Source of the DNA: Eledone cirrhosa
Taxonomy: Eukaryota
DNA: 64,000 nt
Assembly: GCA_964016885.1 (NCBI GenBank)
Contig: OZ024743.1
Span: forward strand, 66,030,001 to 66,094,000
Direction of reading: 5' to 3'
Under the pieces are notes generated by a model that was not told the DNA's origin, did not search any database, and saw only the letters and a program-made list of their open reading frames with translations. Positions 42,367 to 56,202 of this stretch are shown here, in pieces; the stretch's first letter is position 1; each line of letters begins with the position of its first letter. A program made the position numbers and the translations under genes.

Positions 42367-42767
42367 TCACTGCCGACATCAGTAAGTAGGTAGTCTGAAA
42401 GACATGAAACTGAAGAGAAAAGTAATGAGTCAGCTTGCAAAGGTGTTTGGTTCCGTTTGTGTCCACATACAAACACATCGTACGCCGCCTCCTTGCGCTA
42501 TTAAACAACAAATCGATTTAATGTGACAGCTAATATAAGGTGAGTAGGAGGAAATGCAAGACATATCCATACCCATAACGATATTGTATACTTTGTATGT
42601 ACAATTTGACATGATTTGCTCAGTGTGGATAGCAGCCGAATTATCAGAGTCATTAGAACATCAGATAGAATGATTAAAGTTACTCTAACCAGTTATCTAC
42701 ACTCTGGGTTCAAATCTCAGCGAAGCCAACTTTGCCATCCTGTAAATGAGTAAACAAACAGAATACC

Positions 42768-43120
42768 TTCTCCAGCGATTAACCTAGGCTCTGCTGCACT
42801 TCGAGCCGAGGAGGGTAAACTCTTCAAATATCGGCCACTCTCCGACAGGTTTGCGGTCGAGCCCGTAGCCGTGAAGACTTCAAGTATCTTTAACCCTAGG
42901 TCCAACTTCCTATTCACCCCTCATCAGTCCGGAGTTGGCTGCCCGCAGATATGAGCCTCACGAGCTGGAATGGCTCTTCCAACGCGTCTGCCCCACCACC
43001 CACCGGGGAAACGCCTTCTCTATTCTGTCCGCCGGGGCCGCGGGGCGGCCAGCGCGTGGGCCCCCGTTTGCTTATAATAGTGAGAGATGGGGCGAGGGAG
43101 AGAGACGGAGGCAGTGACAA
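42768..43120 (+). mobile_element. CRE-like RLE retrotransposon 3' end
   Basis: LGSAALRAEEGKLFKY..FAVEPVAVKTS..YEPHELEWLFQRV..RGNAFSILSA; homologous to 52850-53530; shorter ends at about 20000-20090, 20485-20545 and 40610-40730. Confidence 0.75.
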
Positions 43121-43444
43121 TGGAAATTTGATTCTGTTATGTTCAGTCCTTGTTAGGATTTTTTTGTTTCAGTGTATATATATGAACACACACATATATA
43201 TACACACACACACATACACACACTCACACACACACACACACACATATACACATACACATACACACACTTGCACAGTGTAAGCTATTATATTTTACTTCAC
43301 TTCCATTTTTACTCTTTTTTTGTGTAGCATACACCTTACTAGGACGACAACCACCACCAACAACAATAACACCAATATTATTTAAAAGCAGTTGAGAGTT
43401 CCACCGTTCATAATCTCTCACTGACGTTGTAATGTGTCTATAGC

Positions 43445-43872
43445 ATTATTAGAAGGGCGGTGGATTGGCAGTATCGGTAGAGGATCGGACGCCATGCTTG
43501 GCAGCTTAGAGTTACAGCCCTTTATCATCTGAGTTCAAATCCCGCCGAGGTTAACTTTGCCTTTCATCTTTACGGGGTCGATAAAATAAAGTACCAGTCA
43601 CGTACTGGGGTCGATTTAATCGACTTACCCCTCGCCCAAAATTTATGGCCTTGTGCCTATATAAGAAACCATTATTAGAAGGGCAGTGGATTGGCAGTAT
43701 CGGTAGAGGGTCGGACGCCATGCTTGGCAGCTTAGAGTTACAGCCCTTTATCATCTGAGTTCAAATCTCGCCGAGGTTAACTTTGCCTTTCATCTTTACG
43801 GGGTTGATAAAATAAAGTACCAGTAATATACTGGTATTTGCTGGCCATCTGCCAAAAGTAGAAATAATTATT
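43445..43872 (+). mobile_element. Head-to-tail S1 SINE dimer
   Basis: ATTATTAGAAGGGCrGTGGATTGGC at 43445 and 43671. Confidence 0.85.
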
Positions 43873-44308
43873 AGGTGTTATGACCAAATCAACCAACCAA
43901 GAAACATCATTCTCCTGCAGGTGCTGAATTGGCAGGGTCGTTACAATGTTGAATATAATGCTTTGCCTTATTCCTTCCGGGTTTCTACTTTTTGATGTCA
44001 AATCCCGCGGAGGTCAACTTTACCTTTCATCCTTTCACAGTCGTTGAAAATAGAACCAGTCGAGGAACCGGGGTCGATTTTTTTTCTGTACACATCTTCT
44101 AATTTCTCTGTTCCTCTCACTTCTTTTCTGGAAGAAATAGGCGAATTGGCAGATTCGATAGAACGTCGGATGCGGTATTCCCCCCGACTCTCTGAGCTCT
44201 TTGAGTTAAAAACCCTCCCAGACCAACTTTATTTTCATCATATCGAGATCGATAAAAAAGTACCAGTCCAGTACTGGGGTCGATAGTTCCTCTGTATCTC
44301 TTTCTCAT

Positions 44309-44354
<46 letters not shown>

Positions 44355-44787
44355 ATTTAGGCCCAAGCTCAGCAATATTTTTGAGGAGGGAAAACTCGAT
44401 TAAATCGACCCAGTGTGTTACTGGTATTTATTTTATCAACCCCATAAGGATGAAAGGTAAACCTAACGTCGAATGGATTAGAACTCAGAACCTAAAGGGC
44501 CGTAATTCTATGCTATAAAACATGTTGTCCGACGTCCTTACAATAATAATTAAAAAAAATAAAATTGTCGATCGACTTTCGTCAAATTGGACCGAGGAAA
44601 CAATGTTTCCGTTGGTCTTTCCAATTGCTAACACTATCTATCGGTTGCAACGCCAGGTAGAAGGAACAATGTGAAATAAAGTGTCTTGCTTAAGGACATA
44701 ACGCATCGACCGGTCCAGGAATCGAACTGACATCCTCACGATTACAAATCCAGTTCACTAACCAATCAGCCACACGCCTACACTAAT

Positions 44788-44972
44788 AATTGTTTCTACT
44801 TTAGGCACAAGGCAATTACCCAGTCCATTACTGGTTCTTTATTTTATCGACCCCATAAAGATGATAGGCAAAGTGAACCTGGGCGGGATTTGAACTCAGA
44901 TCATAAAGGGCCGTAACTCTATGCTGCAAAGCATGGCGTCCGACCCTCTACCGATACTGCCAATCCACCGCC
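44788..44972 (-). mobile_element. SINE S1; further S1 copies at about 41365-41512, 44355-44540, 50478-50660 and 58600-58765
   Basis: A/B boxes and body on the minus strand; CACTAATAAT repeated nearby on both sides. Confidence 0.85.
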
Positions 44973-45206
44973 CTCACACCTTCACTAATAATAAAAATAA
45001 TAATAAAAATAATAGTAATTATTTTTATTTTATTTTACATGATCGTGGCAACATTTGTGACAGTTGTTTTACAAAGCTGAATCTATTTCAAAAGAACACC
45101 ATGTTTAACTATCCTTAAGAGGGATTGAATATATAGTAACACAAAAATCAAACCATAAAATAAAAACAACAACACAAAAAGAAAACTAATGTAAAATTAA
45201 ATAAAA

Positions 45207-45490
45207 TACAACAACAGCAGCAACAAAACAGCAACAACAACAACAATAACAACAGCAACAACAACAGCAGCAACAACAACAACAACAACAGCACCACCAC
45301 CACCAACAACAACAACAACAACAGCCACAACAGCAACACCTCCACCAACGCCGGCACCACCAACACCACCACCACCACCAACAACAACAACAGCCACACC
45401 AGCAACACCACCACCAACCACCACCAACGCCGGCACCACCACCACCACCAGCACCACCACCACCAACAACAACAACAACAACAACAGCAC
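45207..45490. repeat. (CAA/CAC/CAG)n trinucleotide array
   Basis: Visible periodicity. Confidence 0.95.
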
Positions 45491-46189
45491 TATACTAAAT
45501 CTTATTTCACGCTCTACTCTATGTTATCATATGTTACAACATTGTTTTCAGTAAATATTGATTGTTGTATTTTCAATTTCAACAGAAGTTTATAAGAGTG
45601 ACAACAATAGCAATATAGACACATATATTGATATATACACACATAGACTTCTGCAATATGTGTGTGTATGTTTATATCAATGTATATATGTATATATACT
45701 CTCTCTCGCCCCCCCCTCTCTACACACACACATATATATATAAGCAAAAGGGATATTTAATTTGTTGGTAATTCAACAAATATATATGTTTATAACTGAT
45801 TCGAAGCACTCGACATATTTCTGGAGTATAATAGCAATGATATTAAATAAATGGAAACTATATTTATAAACCCATATTTATTCTATTCAAGGGTACTAAA
45901 ACTTTGATACGTTCTCATCAGATAAAATACAAATTTTGTTTTATAAATATTGACATATCCAGGAAGAAGATCTTAACAGTTCAAGTTTTTCCTGGATATA
46001 TATATATATATATATGGGTGTGTATGTGTTATACTTGGGGGGGGGGCATATTGTTATAATAATGCCAGAAATAATAACAGAACACACTTACTGTTTGGTT
46101 TGGGTTGGTTTTCGCTTCTGTATCTTTTTATATCTCCATAGTTAATTTATTTATGTTTATCATTGATTGACCAACGGTTAAAATTACAG

Positions 46190-46220
<31 letters not shown>

Positions 46221-46223
46221 GTC

Positions 46224-46267
46224 TATCAAAGTTCTTTCGTCACACATCTGCGACATCATCAGTGGTA
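46224..46267 (-). ncRNA. Type I hammerhead, P3-related
   Basis: Sense TACCA-CTGATGA-T-GTCGCA-GATG-TGTGAC-GAAAG-AA-CTT^TGATA. Confidence 0.65.
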
Positions 46268-46329
46268 CTATTATTTTTCATCCCATTGTATTGTTAAGTC
46301 TACGCCATTTTTCTACGCCATTTACCTTT

Positions 46330-46361
<32 letters not shown>

Positions 46362-46657
46362 AAGATGGGGGGGGGGGGCAGAGAGAAAGATAGAGTGAGA
46401 GAGAGAGAGAGAGAGAGAGTGTGAGAGAGAGAGAGAGAGAGAGAATCTCGGGAGCTGAGATTGGGAAGGACACAAATCATGGGAGAACTCAATCCATGGG
46501 GAGATGCAGAATGGGTATAGAAATATTTAAATTCCGAACGTGTAGCGCAAAGGTTTCGGCTAGTGTGTTCAGCAGGCCTTTTTAAGGGTGTAGACAACAC
46601 CTTTTTAGGCTTGCTGAAAATACAAGCCGAAACATCGTGGCGCCGCTGTCGGAAATT

Positions 46658-46720
<63 letters not shown>

Positions 46721-47369
46721 AGATTCATTGGCAACATGACCCTCCCAAAGCATAACAATGTCGGTTTCAACACACGTTTTCAGATGCTAAACAAATTCAG
46801 AAACGAAATATCAAGATTTACATATACACAAACTAGACAAAGTTTCAGATATATATATGTTTTGGCAACCATTCACGATGTGGCTCAATGATGAATTAAT
46901 AAATGAAATAATCAGAGCAATATACTATAAAGTATGTCCATAGAATCATTTGATAATATATATACACCATTTCCCCTCCCAATTAGCATAATCAACCACA
47001 CAAAAAATCAATTAAACCAGGCTATAAGATTAAAAGGCACCTATGAAGAAATAGTAGATAAATAAACGACAGCAATCTATTCGCGACCAACCGCTATAGA
47101 ATATTTACCCAACATTTCAATAGCACGTGGAAATCGATTAAATATACCGTCAACCATACACAATTAGGTATAAAATTAAAGTTAGAAGAAAAAATGCATT
47201 TACACATACCAGGATTACGTTTCTACCCTTAGGGTTTCGTTCACTTTCGGAAATATCCTATCAAGGATAAAATCTCGAGTTTCGAACTCATCTGGAAACA
47301 AACAAACTCATTTGGACAAAGCATTTTCTTAAGTATAAATAGTATAAATATATATAGTATAAATATATA

Positions 47370-47531
<162 letters not shown>

Positions 47532-47533
47532 GT

Positions 47534-47583
47534 GAACTGTACTGATGAAGGATTATACCCAGAAACATTAGTGTCTGCAGTTC
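47534..47583 (+). ncRNA. Type I hammerhead, singleton family
   Basis: GAACTGTA-CTGATGA-AGGATTATACCCA-GAAAC-ATTAGT-GTC^TGCAGTTC; 8-bp stem I, weak stem II. Confidence 0.72.
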
Positions 47584-47712
47584 TGTTTACAGGCCAACAC
47601 AAGAGCAAGAATAAGGAGCTCATTCTACTGACATGGCTTTAAAAATGAGGCTTGCTTCCATAATTGCAAACGAAGCGAATATTATTATTGATATTCGAAA
47701 AACTGAGTTTAG

Positions 47713-47785
<73 letters not shown>

Positions 47786-47807
47786 GTATATATGTATATT
47801 ATATATA

Positions 47808-47968
<161 letters not shown>

Positions 47969-47997
47969 ATATATATAATATATATATATTATATATA

Positions 47998-48046
<49 letters not shown>

Positions 48047-48072
48047 ATATATATATTGGGGTCCTACTCGTT

Positions 48073-48111
<39 letters not shown>

Positions 48112-48113
<2 letters not shown>

Positions 48114-48422
48114 AATAGAAAACGAAAGATCAGTGATGCATCTGAACTCAATCTATTGTGTTACAATTGTTTCGCCGGGTGACAGCTCGAGACGCGATCA
48201 TTGTGTGGATCTGTCTGATTCTGGACCCGCAGGTTTGACGGACACGTCTAATGATTTCGTTCATATATGAGAGAATATGTTCCGAAATCATTAGACGTGT
48301 CCGTCGAACCTGCGGGTCCAGAATCAGACAGAACCACGCGTCTCGAGCTGTCCGTCGGCGAAACAATTGTAACACACAATAAATTGAGTTCAGATGTATC
48401 ACTGATTTTTCGTTTTCTATTC
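48112..48422. repeat. Long palindromic insertion in (TA)n (arms about 145 bp)
   Basis: Inverted arms with GAAAC-AATT-GTA; related to 7850-7925. Confidence 0.75.
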
Positions 48423-48497
48423 TATCATACTCTGCTCTGTAAGAGCATAGTGTGCTAAACCGGCATACCGCCTATGGAAGCATCTTAGCTACCATCA

Positions 48498-48623
<126 letters not shown>

Positions 48624-48775
48624 TGTATATATAGCTCTAACATTTCTAAGATACGTTCAATGTCCAAATATTCGGGATGAAAATATTCAATCTATTTAAT
48701 TTAATCTAATAAATGGATATTTGACTGGTACTTGCTTTACCGACCAACTGAAGAATTAATTATTAATATATATAT

Positions 48776-48983
48776 AGTAATAATAATAAATGTGAAGACT
48801 AAAATCCAAAGAGGGTTCGATAAGGATAAATATATATCAAATATATAAGAACCCTAGAGCAAATATTTATTATAATAACAGATGAAAATTTAAGCAAAGA
48901 ATCGCTGCTTTCACCCTTAACGGGATCTTCTGAAGATCACGTTAAGGGTGAAAGCAGCGATTCTTTGCTTAAACTTTAATCTG

Positions 48984-48984
<1 letters not shown>
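48776..48984. mobile_element. Arm+arm+tail palindromic insertion
   Basis: Centre ATCTTC-T-GAAGAT; related copies at 55577-55795 and 8145-8220. Confidence 0.7.
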
Positions 48985-49052
<68 letters not shown>

Positions 49053-49621
49053 AAAAGTTATGAAACGAAAGGAGCTGTGTGGTTACTAAAAACAAGGTTT
49101 AGGATGGTGGTTAGGGCGGAACAGGAGGAGAAAGGAAGAAAGGAGTTTCCATCGTCAGCTGTAAATGTTTCCCGGACCGATGTTTCGGCGCTGAATTACA
49201 GGACATCGGTGTAGTTCGGAGGCGCCAGAGGCCTTTTATTAATCAAAAGGCCAGGTGGAAAAGTAGAGAGAGAAGGAAAGAGAGGGAAAGGAGGAAGAAC
49301 AGGGGGGAAAGATGAGGAGAGAGGAAGAAGGGGAAAAATAGGAAAGGAATAGGAGAAAAAAAGTGTACAGGTCCCATCGTGGGAAGACACAGGTGAAAGA
49401 AACATGCAAAAAAAGTAACCGTGGAAAAATAGGGAAAGTAAGTTGTGGCCAGCCTGGTGGTCAGCTACGACTCAGAGCTAGTATAATCGTGCTGCCTCGC
49501 ACATAGACAGGAGAAAGTGAGAGAGAGACACTGACTATATATATATATATATATAATGTGGGAAAACATTGGGAGGTTATATCCGTAGTAAGTAGAGCAC
49601 TGCGTCCATAGGACGAGTTCG

Positions 49622-49814
49622 GTATAAAGTTAGTTCCACAATATATTAGCGAACCATCATCCAGGACACGTGTTTTCACCCAACGAACTTTCGACTCGAG
49701 TGAGGTAGTGCAGAATACCTTTTTTCAGCACAACCACACTCGAGTCGAAAGTCTGTTTGGTGAAACACATGTCCTGTAAGTGGGTTTGCTAATTTGTTGT
49801 GGAACTAACTTTAT
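49622..49814. repeat. Diverged palindrome
   Basis: ATAAAGTTAGTTCCACAA ... TTGTGGAACTAACTTTAT; GAAAC-ACAT-GTC in the right arm. Confidence 0.7.
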
Positions 49815-49816
49815 GC

Positions 49817-49878
<62 letters not shown>

Positions 49879-49940
49879 GGTAATTCCAAAGGGAAAGCAA
49901 AGTGGAAAAGAGTGCTCTATGTATAGAACAGAGCTATTTA

Positions 49941-50077
49941 ATTAGAAAGTGAACAACACAAAATATAACTACTCCATTACCAAAGGTTTCTGGATCCAGA
50001 CAATAATAATATACGTCTGGAATCCAGAAACCTTTGGTAATGGAGTAGTTATATTTTGTGTTGTTCACTTTCTTATT
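49941..50077. repeat. Palindrome centred on a hairpin immediately 5' of GAAAC..GTA
   Basis: Arms of about 55 bp; centre TCCAGAC-13 nt-GTCTGGA. Confidence 0.75.
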
Positions 50078-50939
50078 GAATATATATATATAATTTACTT
50101 TTTTACCTGTTCCAGCCACCCGGCTGAATCCACACTGGGGCACTGCCCTTGCTGCTACACAATCTATCTCCAATTTCTGTTGGCTGGCCATTGGTGTAAG
50201 AGGAAGTTCGTTGTTGCTGCCCTTAAGTTACCTTCGTACCGTGTTGTGGGCTCATCCAACGCCCCTAGTCATGAAGGTAAGTTCGATGTTAGCCTCAGAA
50301 GGATGGAAGAAGACTTTAACTTACTGAAGGTCAAATGGCCCGAGGGCCATCTCCTCCCTGGAATGGGATATAATCATTAAGGCCAATTACTACAATGGTA
50401 CCATATCAGGTACGTACGTTTTGTTACTCCTGAGGACAAACTCATTCAACCTGTGCTGGTATATCTAACCATCTCAAATAATTGTTTCTACTTTTGGCAC
50501 AAGGCGAGCAATTATCCAGTCCATTACTGGTACTTTATTTTATCGACCTCGTAAGGATGAAAGGCAAAGTTAACTTCGGCGGGATTTGAACTCAGAACAT
50601 AAAGGGACGTAACTATGATGGAAAGCATGGCGCCCGACCCTCTATCGATACTGCCAATTCATGAACCGATACAAAACTGGGATAACTACTGTCCTGACGA
50701 GCCTATTGGCCTGAGACATACTTTAGAGTTAGACATAGATATATGAATGGAGTCCATTATAGTTCGATCGTTACCAAATATCTAAGTACATTTGATACAG
50801 GTAATATGGTCTGCCCCCCAAAAAAAACAACCATATGTCTTTTTCTCCCTCTTTCCCTCGTTCTCTCCCTCTTTTTTGCACATATTTTTAATTTCCTTCA
50901 TCTCTTTTATTTTTTATTTTTCATTTATCTCTATCTCAC

Positions 50940-51003
<64 letters not shown>

Positions 51004-51283
51004 TTCTCTCAAACATTAAAAACAATTTTCTTCAATCTATTATTCTCTCTATTTCATTACCTCCCACTTATTTTATTCATTTTGATTTATATCTCATCTC
51101 TCTCTCCTTCTCTTTCTCTCTCTCTCTCACACACACACACACTGACTCTCTCTCTCTTTCTCTTTGTCTCTCTCTCTCTCATACACACACACACACACTC
51201 ACTCTCTCGCTCTCACATACACACACACACACTCACTCTCTCTCTCACATACACACACACACACACACACACACTCTCTCTCT

Positions 51284-51322
<39 letters not shown>

Positions 51323-51367
51323 TCACTCTCTCTTTCTCACACTCTCTTTCTTTACCCCCTCTCTCTG

Positions 51368-51429
<62 letters not shown>

Positions 51430-51524
51430 CAATCTTGTATTAAGAACAGTTCAGTGAGCTACGAATCTTGAATATGAATGTGATTAAATAAACTTTAACC
51501 ATGAAAAGCAGCCTAATTAGATGT

Positions 51525-51862
51525 TGATATGTTTATATATCTATATATGTATATACCTATGTTTATATATCTATATATGTATATACCTATGTTTATATAT
51601 CTATATATGTATATACCTATGTTTATATATCTATATATGTATATACATATGTTTATATATCTATAGATGTATATACATATGTTTATATATCTATAGATAT
51701 ATATACCTATTTTTATATATCTATATATGTATATACATACATATGTTTATATATCTATATATGTATATACATATGTTTATATATCTATATATGTATATAC
51801 ATATGTTTATATATCTATATATGTATATACATATGTTTATATATCTATATATGTATATACAT
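51525..51862. repeat. 30-bp AT-rich minisatellite, also present at about 53545-53690
   Basis: ATGTTTATATATCTATATATGTATATAC(CT/AT) repeated about 11 times. Confidence 0.9.
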
Positions 51863-52730
51863 GATAAATGGAAAAGAATGAAACGAAATTTCATTTCTCA
51901 CTCTTAGTACGGCTGATACGTAAAGTCGCCCGGGCATACCGAAAACGACAAACTCACTGATATGCAAATTAGGCTGTTCAGCCGTTAATATGCATAAGGA
52001 AAGTATATACTTTCAGACCTTCAATCATCTGACAGAAAGGTATACGATGCTGACGATAGCTAATAAGCTTGAGACTAGTACATCGTTCCTGTGTCAGTGT
52101 TGAACAAAAGGGCGACGATGGTTGCCGAGCACTGTACTTCGTAATTCGGGCTTTGTTTACAAACAAACCGAACATTATAATAAATGTTCGGTAAACCCAT
52201 ACGTACATATATATATGTGTGCATTTATGTATATATAAACATACTACTGTGCGTCTGTATACATATATGTATGTACTTACACATAGTTATATTTAGGTAT
52301 CAGCCGTACTAAGAGTGAGAAAGGAAATTTCGTTTCATTCTTTTCCATTTATCGTGTTCGGTATCCCCGGCCGACTAACTCACTCGATATACAAATTAGG
52401 CTGCTCAGCCGTTAATATGCATAAGGAAAGTATATACTTTCAGACGTTCAATCATCTGACAGAAAGGTATACGATGCTGACGATAACTAATAAGCTTGAA
52501 ACTAGTACATCGTTCCTGTGTCAGTGTTGAACAAAAGGGCGACGATGGTTGCCGAACACTGTACGTCGTAATTCGGGCTGTTTGTTTACAAAAAAACCGA
52601 ACATTATAATAAATGTTCGGTAAACCCATACGTACATATATATATGTGTGCATGTATGTATATATATAGATACTACTGTGCGTCTGTACACATATATGTA
52701 TGTACGTATACATACTTATATTTGTATCTA
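51863..52730 (+). mobile_element. P2 retrozyme-like tandem (427-nt period, about 1.8 units) with an inverted 5' piece
   Basis: Hammerheads at 52045-52085 (GAAA changed to GAGA) and 52472-52512 (intact core). Confidence 0.82.
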
Positions 52731-52849
52731 CATGTCATTTATGGAAACTGGAATACACTTACATTCAGGCAAATAGTAAAGTAGAAAATCAAACTTTCCA
52801 GTTGTTGTCTTCCTGTTTCTTCTATAACAACTACAACGGCACGTAATGG

Positions 52850-53530
52850 GGCACACTCACGGCGGACAGAATGGAGAAGGCGTTTCCCCGGAGGTCGGCA
52901 AGGGAGACGTGCTGGAAAAGCCACTCCAACTCGCGGGGCTCACACCTGCGGCTGGCCAGCTCAGCGCCTATGGTGGTGAGTAAGGAGGTAGACTTGGGGC
53001 CGAGGACACCAGAAGTCCCCACTGCCAGGGGTACGACCGCAAACATGTCGGAGAGCGTGGAATTTGAGGAGTTTGGCCCCCTCAGCCCGAGGTGCAGCAG
53101 AACCCGGTTCAGCCGCAGACTGCACCAGGTTGCGGCTGCAGAAAGTGTCGATGCAAGTGGCATCCCAGACGAGGGGTTTGCCACCGCGGAACAGGAAGAT
53201 GGTCATGCCATCTGCCTTTTGCCGTCCCCTTGATCCAGCCCACTGGCTAGAGCTGGGAAGGGAAGCCTGCAGCGTCCAAGCCATGCTTAGTGACCTCGTT
53301 GAGGGCAGCATGGCGTGTAATGCAGTCGGCACTGTGGCGACAGAAAGCGGGTGGAAGCTGAAAGAGTCCACGGTAGAACCGCAGCGACATTGGTGTTGCT
53401 GGCAGATCCGGAGGCCGAACCTCAGGGAAACGCCGATGCGCAGGCTATGGTTATCTAGCTGCGTGCCAGTGGAGAAGGAGGGCAGGGCATGGAGCCAGGC
53501 ACCACTGTGATGTTTGGAGGCCGCACGAAA
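52850..53530 (-). mobile_element. CRE-clade non-LTR retrotransposon 3' fragment (Zn knuckle + RLE), frameshifted
   Basis: SGAWLHALPS..LRIGVSLRFGLRICQQHQCRCG, RH, DGMT..GKPLVWDATC, RGNAFSILS. Confidence 0.82.
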
Positions 53531-53972
53531 ACAAGCAGGCGGTATATCTATATATGTATATACAAATATTTACATATCTATATATGTATATACAAATGTT
53601 TATATATCTATATATGTATATACAAATGTTTATATATCTATATGTGTATATCCATATGTTTATATATCCATATCTATATATGTATATGCTTATATAGATA
53701 TACAAAGACTTCCACAAAACGATAAAAACAAATTATGTTAATTACCTGTCATATTGCACCAGGTGACGTTACTAGATTAAACAATTATTTTATCTTATTA
53801 ATAATTTTGAACCAAATTTGTGTGATTACTGTCTTCATTGTGATGGCGGTTAATGTTTAGTTACACAGCTTGTACTGATTTCTTCCTATACTAAATCAAA
53901 ACGTTTGATAATTGATTAGCCGAATGTAGAACACTATAATACACACATACCCACACGCATATATATATATAC

Positions 53973-54127
<155 letters not shown>

Positions 54128-54371
54128 CGTGTGTTGAAAAGTCTTAACAAAAAAAGAAAACAGAACAAACTGTACAGTACACGGAAGAAATGTATTAGTT
54201 TAACGCTTGAAATAGCAGGAAGAGAGTTTTAACTTTTCGGACATTAGTCCTTCATCAGAAGATAGAGTTGAAAATGAAAGGTAAATAGAAAGTAAAGAGT
54301 GGTGATAGAAAGGAACGGGGAAAAAGAGAAAACATTTGGGAAGAAAAAACACACCCGTGCGTATTCAGTCG

Positions 54372-54438
<67 letters not shown>

Positions 54439-54440
<2 letters not shown>

Positions 54441-55040
54441 ATACTTTGGGAGGGTCATGTTGCCAATAAGAAACATACGCACCAGTTGCTTTCACTTCAA
54501 TTTATTATATATTTATAAATTTATAAATTTACAAATCTACAAACTTATAAATTTCTGGTTGGTTGGTTGGTTCCACAACCAGATAGTTGTTTATATATAG
54601 TCATAGTCCTTTCGTCACACACTCTGTGACCTCTTCAGTGACTGGAGATTCCTTTCTTTGTTTCTGTGCCTTTCCTTTCTTCTGTCCTACGCCATTTTGT
54701 TTCTGTGTGACACACAGAAACAAAATGGCGTAGGACAGAAGAAAGGAAAAGCACAGAAACAAAGAAAGGAATCTCCAGTCACTGAAGAGGTCACAGAGTG
54801 TGTGACGAAAGGACTATGACTATATATAAACAACTATCTGGTTGTGGAACCAACCAACCAACCAGAAATTTATAAGTTTGTAGATTTGTAAATTTATAAA
54901 TTTATAAATATATAATAAATTGAAGTGAAAGCAACTGGTGCGTGTGTTTCTTATTGGCAACATGACCCTCCCAAAGTATAAAAATATCGGTTTCAACACA
55001 CGATTTCAGATAAAGAATCTTGCTAAACAAATTCAGAAAC

Positions 55041-55042
<2 letters not shown>
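54439..55042 (+). mobile_element. P3 near-perfect palindrome (271-bp arms, 1-nt centre at 54710) plus a tail of about 60 bp
   Basis: Arms 54439-54709 and 54711-54981; one hammerhead in each arm. Confidence 0.85.
54777..54821 (+). ncRNA. Type I hammerhead (mirror copy at 54599-54643, -)
   Basis: AGTCA-CTGAAGA-G-GTCACA-GAGTG-TGTGAC-GAAAG-GA-CTA^TGACT. Confidence 0.82.
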
Positions 55043-55099
<57 letters not shown>

Positions 55100-55102
<3 letters not shown>

Positions 55103-55570
55103 GTACATACATATATGTATACAGACGTACAGTAGTATGTATATACATACATACATGCACATATATATATATATATATATATATGTACCTATGGGTTTAC
55201 CGAACATTTATTATAATGTTCGGTTTGTTTCTAAACAAACAGCCCGAATTAAGCCGTACAGTGTTCGGCAACCATCGTTGCCCTTTTGTTCAACACTGAC
55301 AAAGGAACGATGAACTAGTTTCTAGCTTATTAGCTGTCATCAGCACCCCGTATACCTACCTGTCAGTCGATGTCAGTCGATTGAACGTTTGAAAGTATAT
55401 ACTTTCCTTATGCATATTAACGGCTGAGCAGGCTAATTTGCATATCGAGTGAGTTAGTCGGCCGGGCGTACCGAAAACGATAAATGGAAAAAATGAAATT
55501 TGATTTCTCACTCTTAGTACGGCTGATACTTAAATATAAGTATGCATAAGGAAAGTATATACTTTCAATA
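55100..55570 (-). mobile_element. P2 retrozyme-like unit
   Basis: Hammerhead at 55308-55348 (-): GTG-CTGATGA-CAGCT-AATA-AGCTA-GAAAC-TA-GTT^CATCG. Confidence 0.8.
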
Positions 55571-56169
55571 TATATATAGTAATAATAATAAATGTGAAGA
55601 CTAAAATACAAAAAGGGCTCGATAAGGATAAATATATATCAAATATATAAGAACCCTAGAGCAAATATTTATTAAAACAACTGATTAAAGTTTAAGCAAA
55701 GAATCCTTAACGGGATCTTCTGAAACTAGTTTCAGAAGATTCCGTTAGGGGTGAAAGCAACGATTCTTTGCTTAAACTTTAATCTGTTATTTTAATATAT
55801 ATATATATATATATATGAATAATTCAATCACTGGATTTCACTGAACTACATTCTAACGGATTAACGGATTACATTGAATTCTAATTACGGTATAGACCCT
55901 ACTGAGAAAGGTAGACCATTGAATTGTATATATAATGAAGAAAACCCAAGGCTAACAACTTAAATCCATTCTTTAATTTCTACGTACATTTCTCTACTGG
56001 TGATGATAGTACATGAATATGTAAACAGTAAGTTAATCGCAAACAGTTAATTATCAATTATCAGGAACTACAAAACATTTAACCAAATTCAAATTATAAG
56101 AATAGATAGTATATCAAATGTTGAACGTTGGTAAATATTACTTTAAAAGATAATAGTGGTATACTCCAT

Positions 56170-56195
<26 letters not shown>

Positions 56196-56202
<7 letters not shown>

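Noticed and set aside
45148-45490. Hydrophobic poly-Leu/Val ORFs resembling membrane proteins
   Set aside because: Reverse-strand reading of a (CAA/CAC)n array
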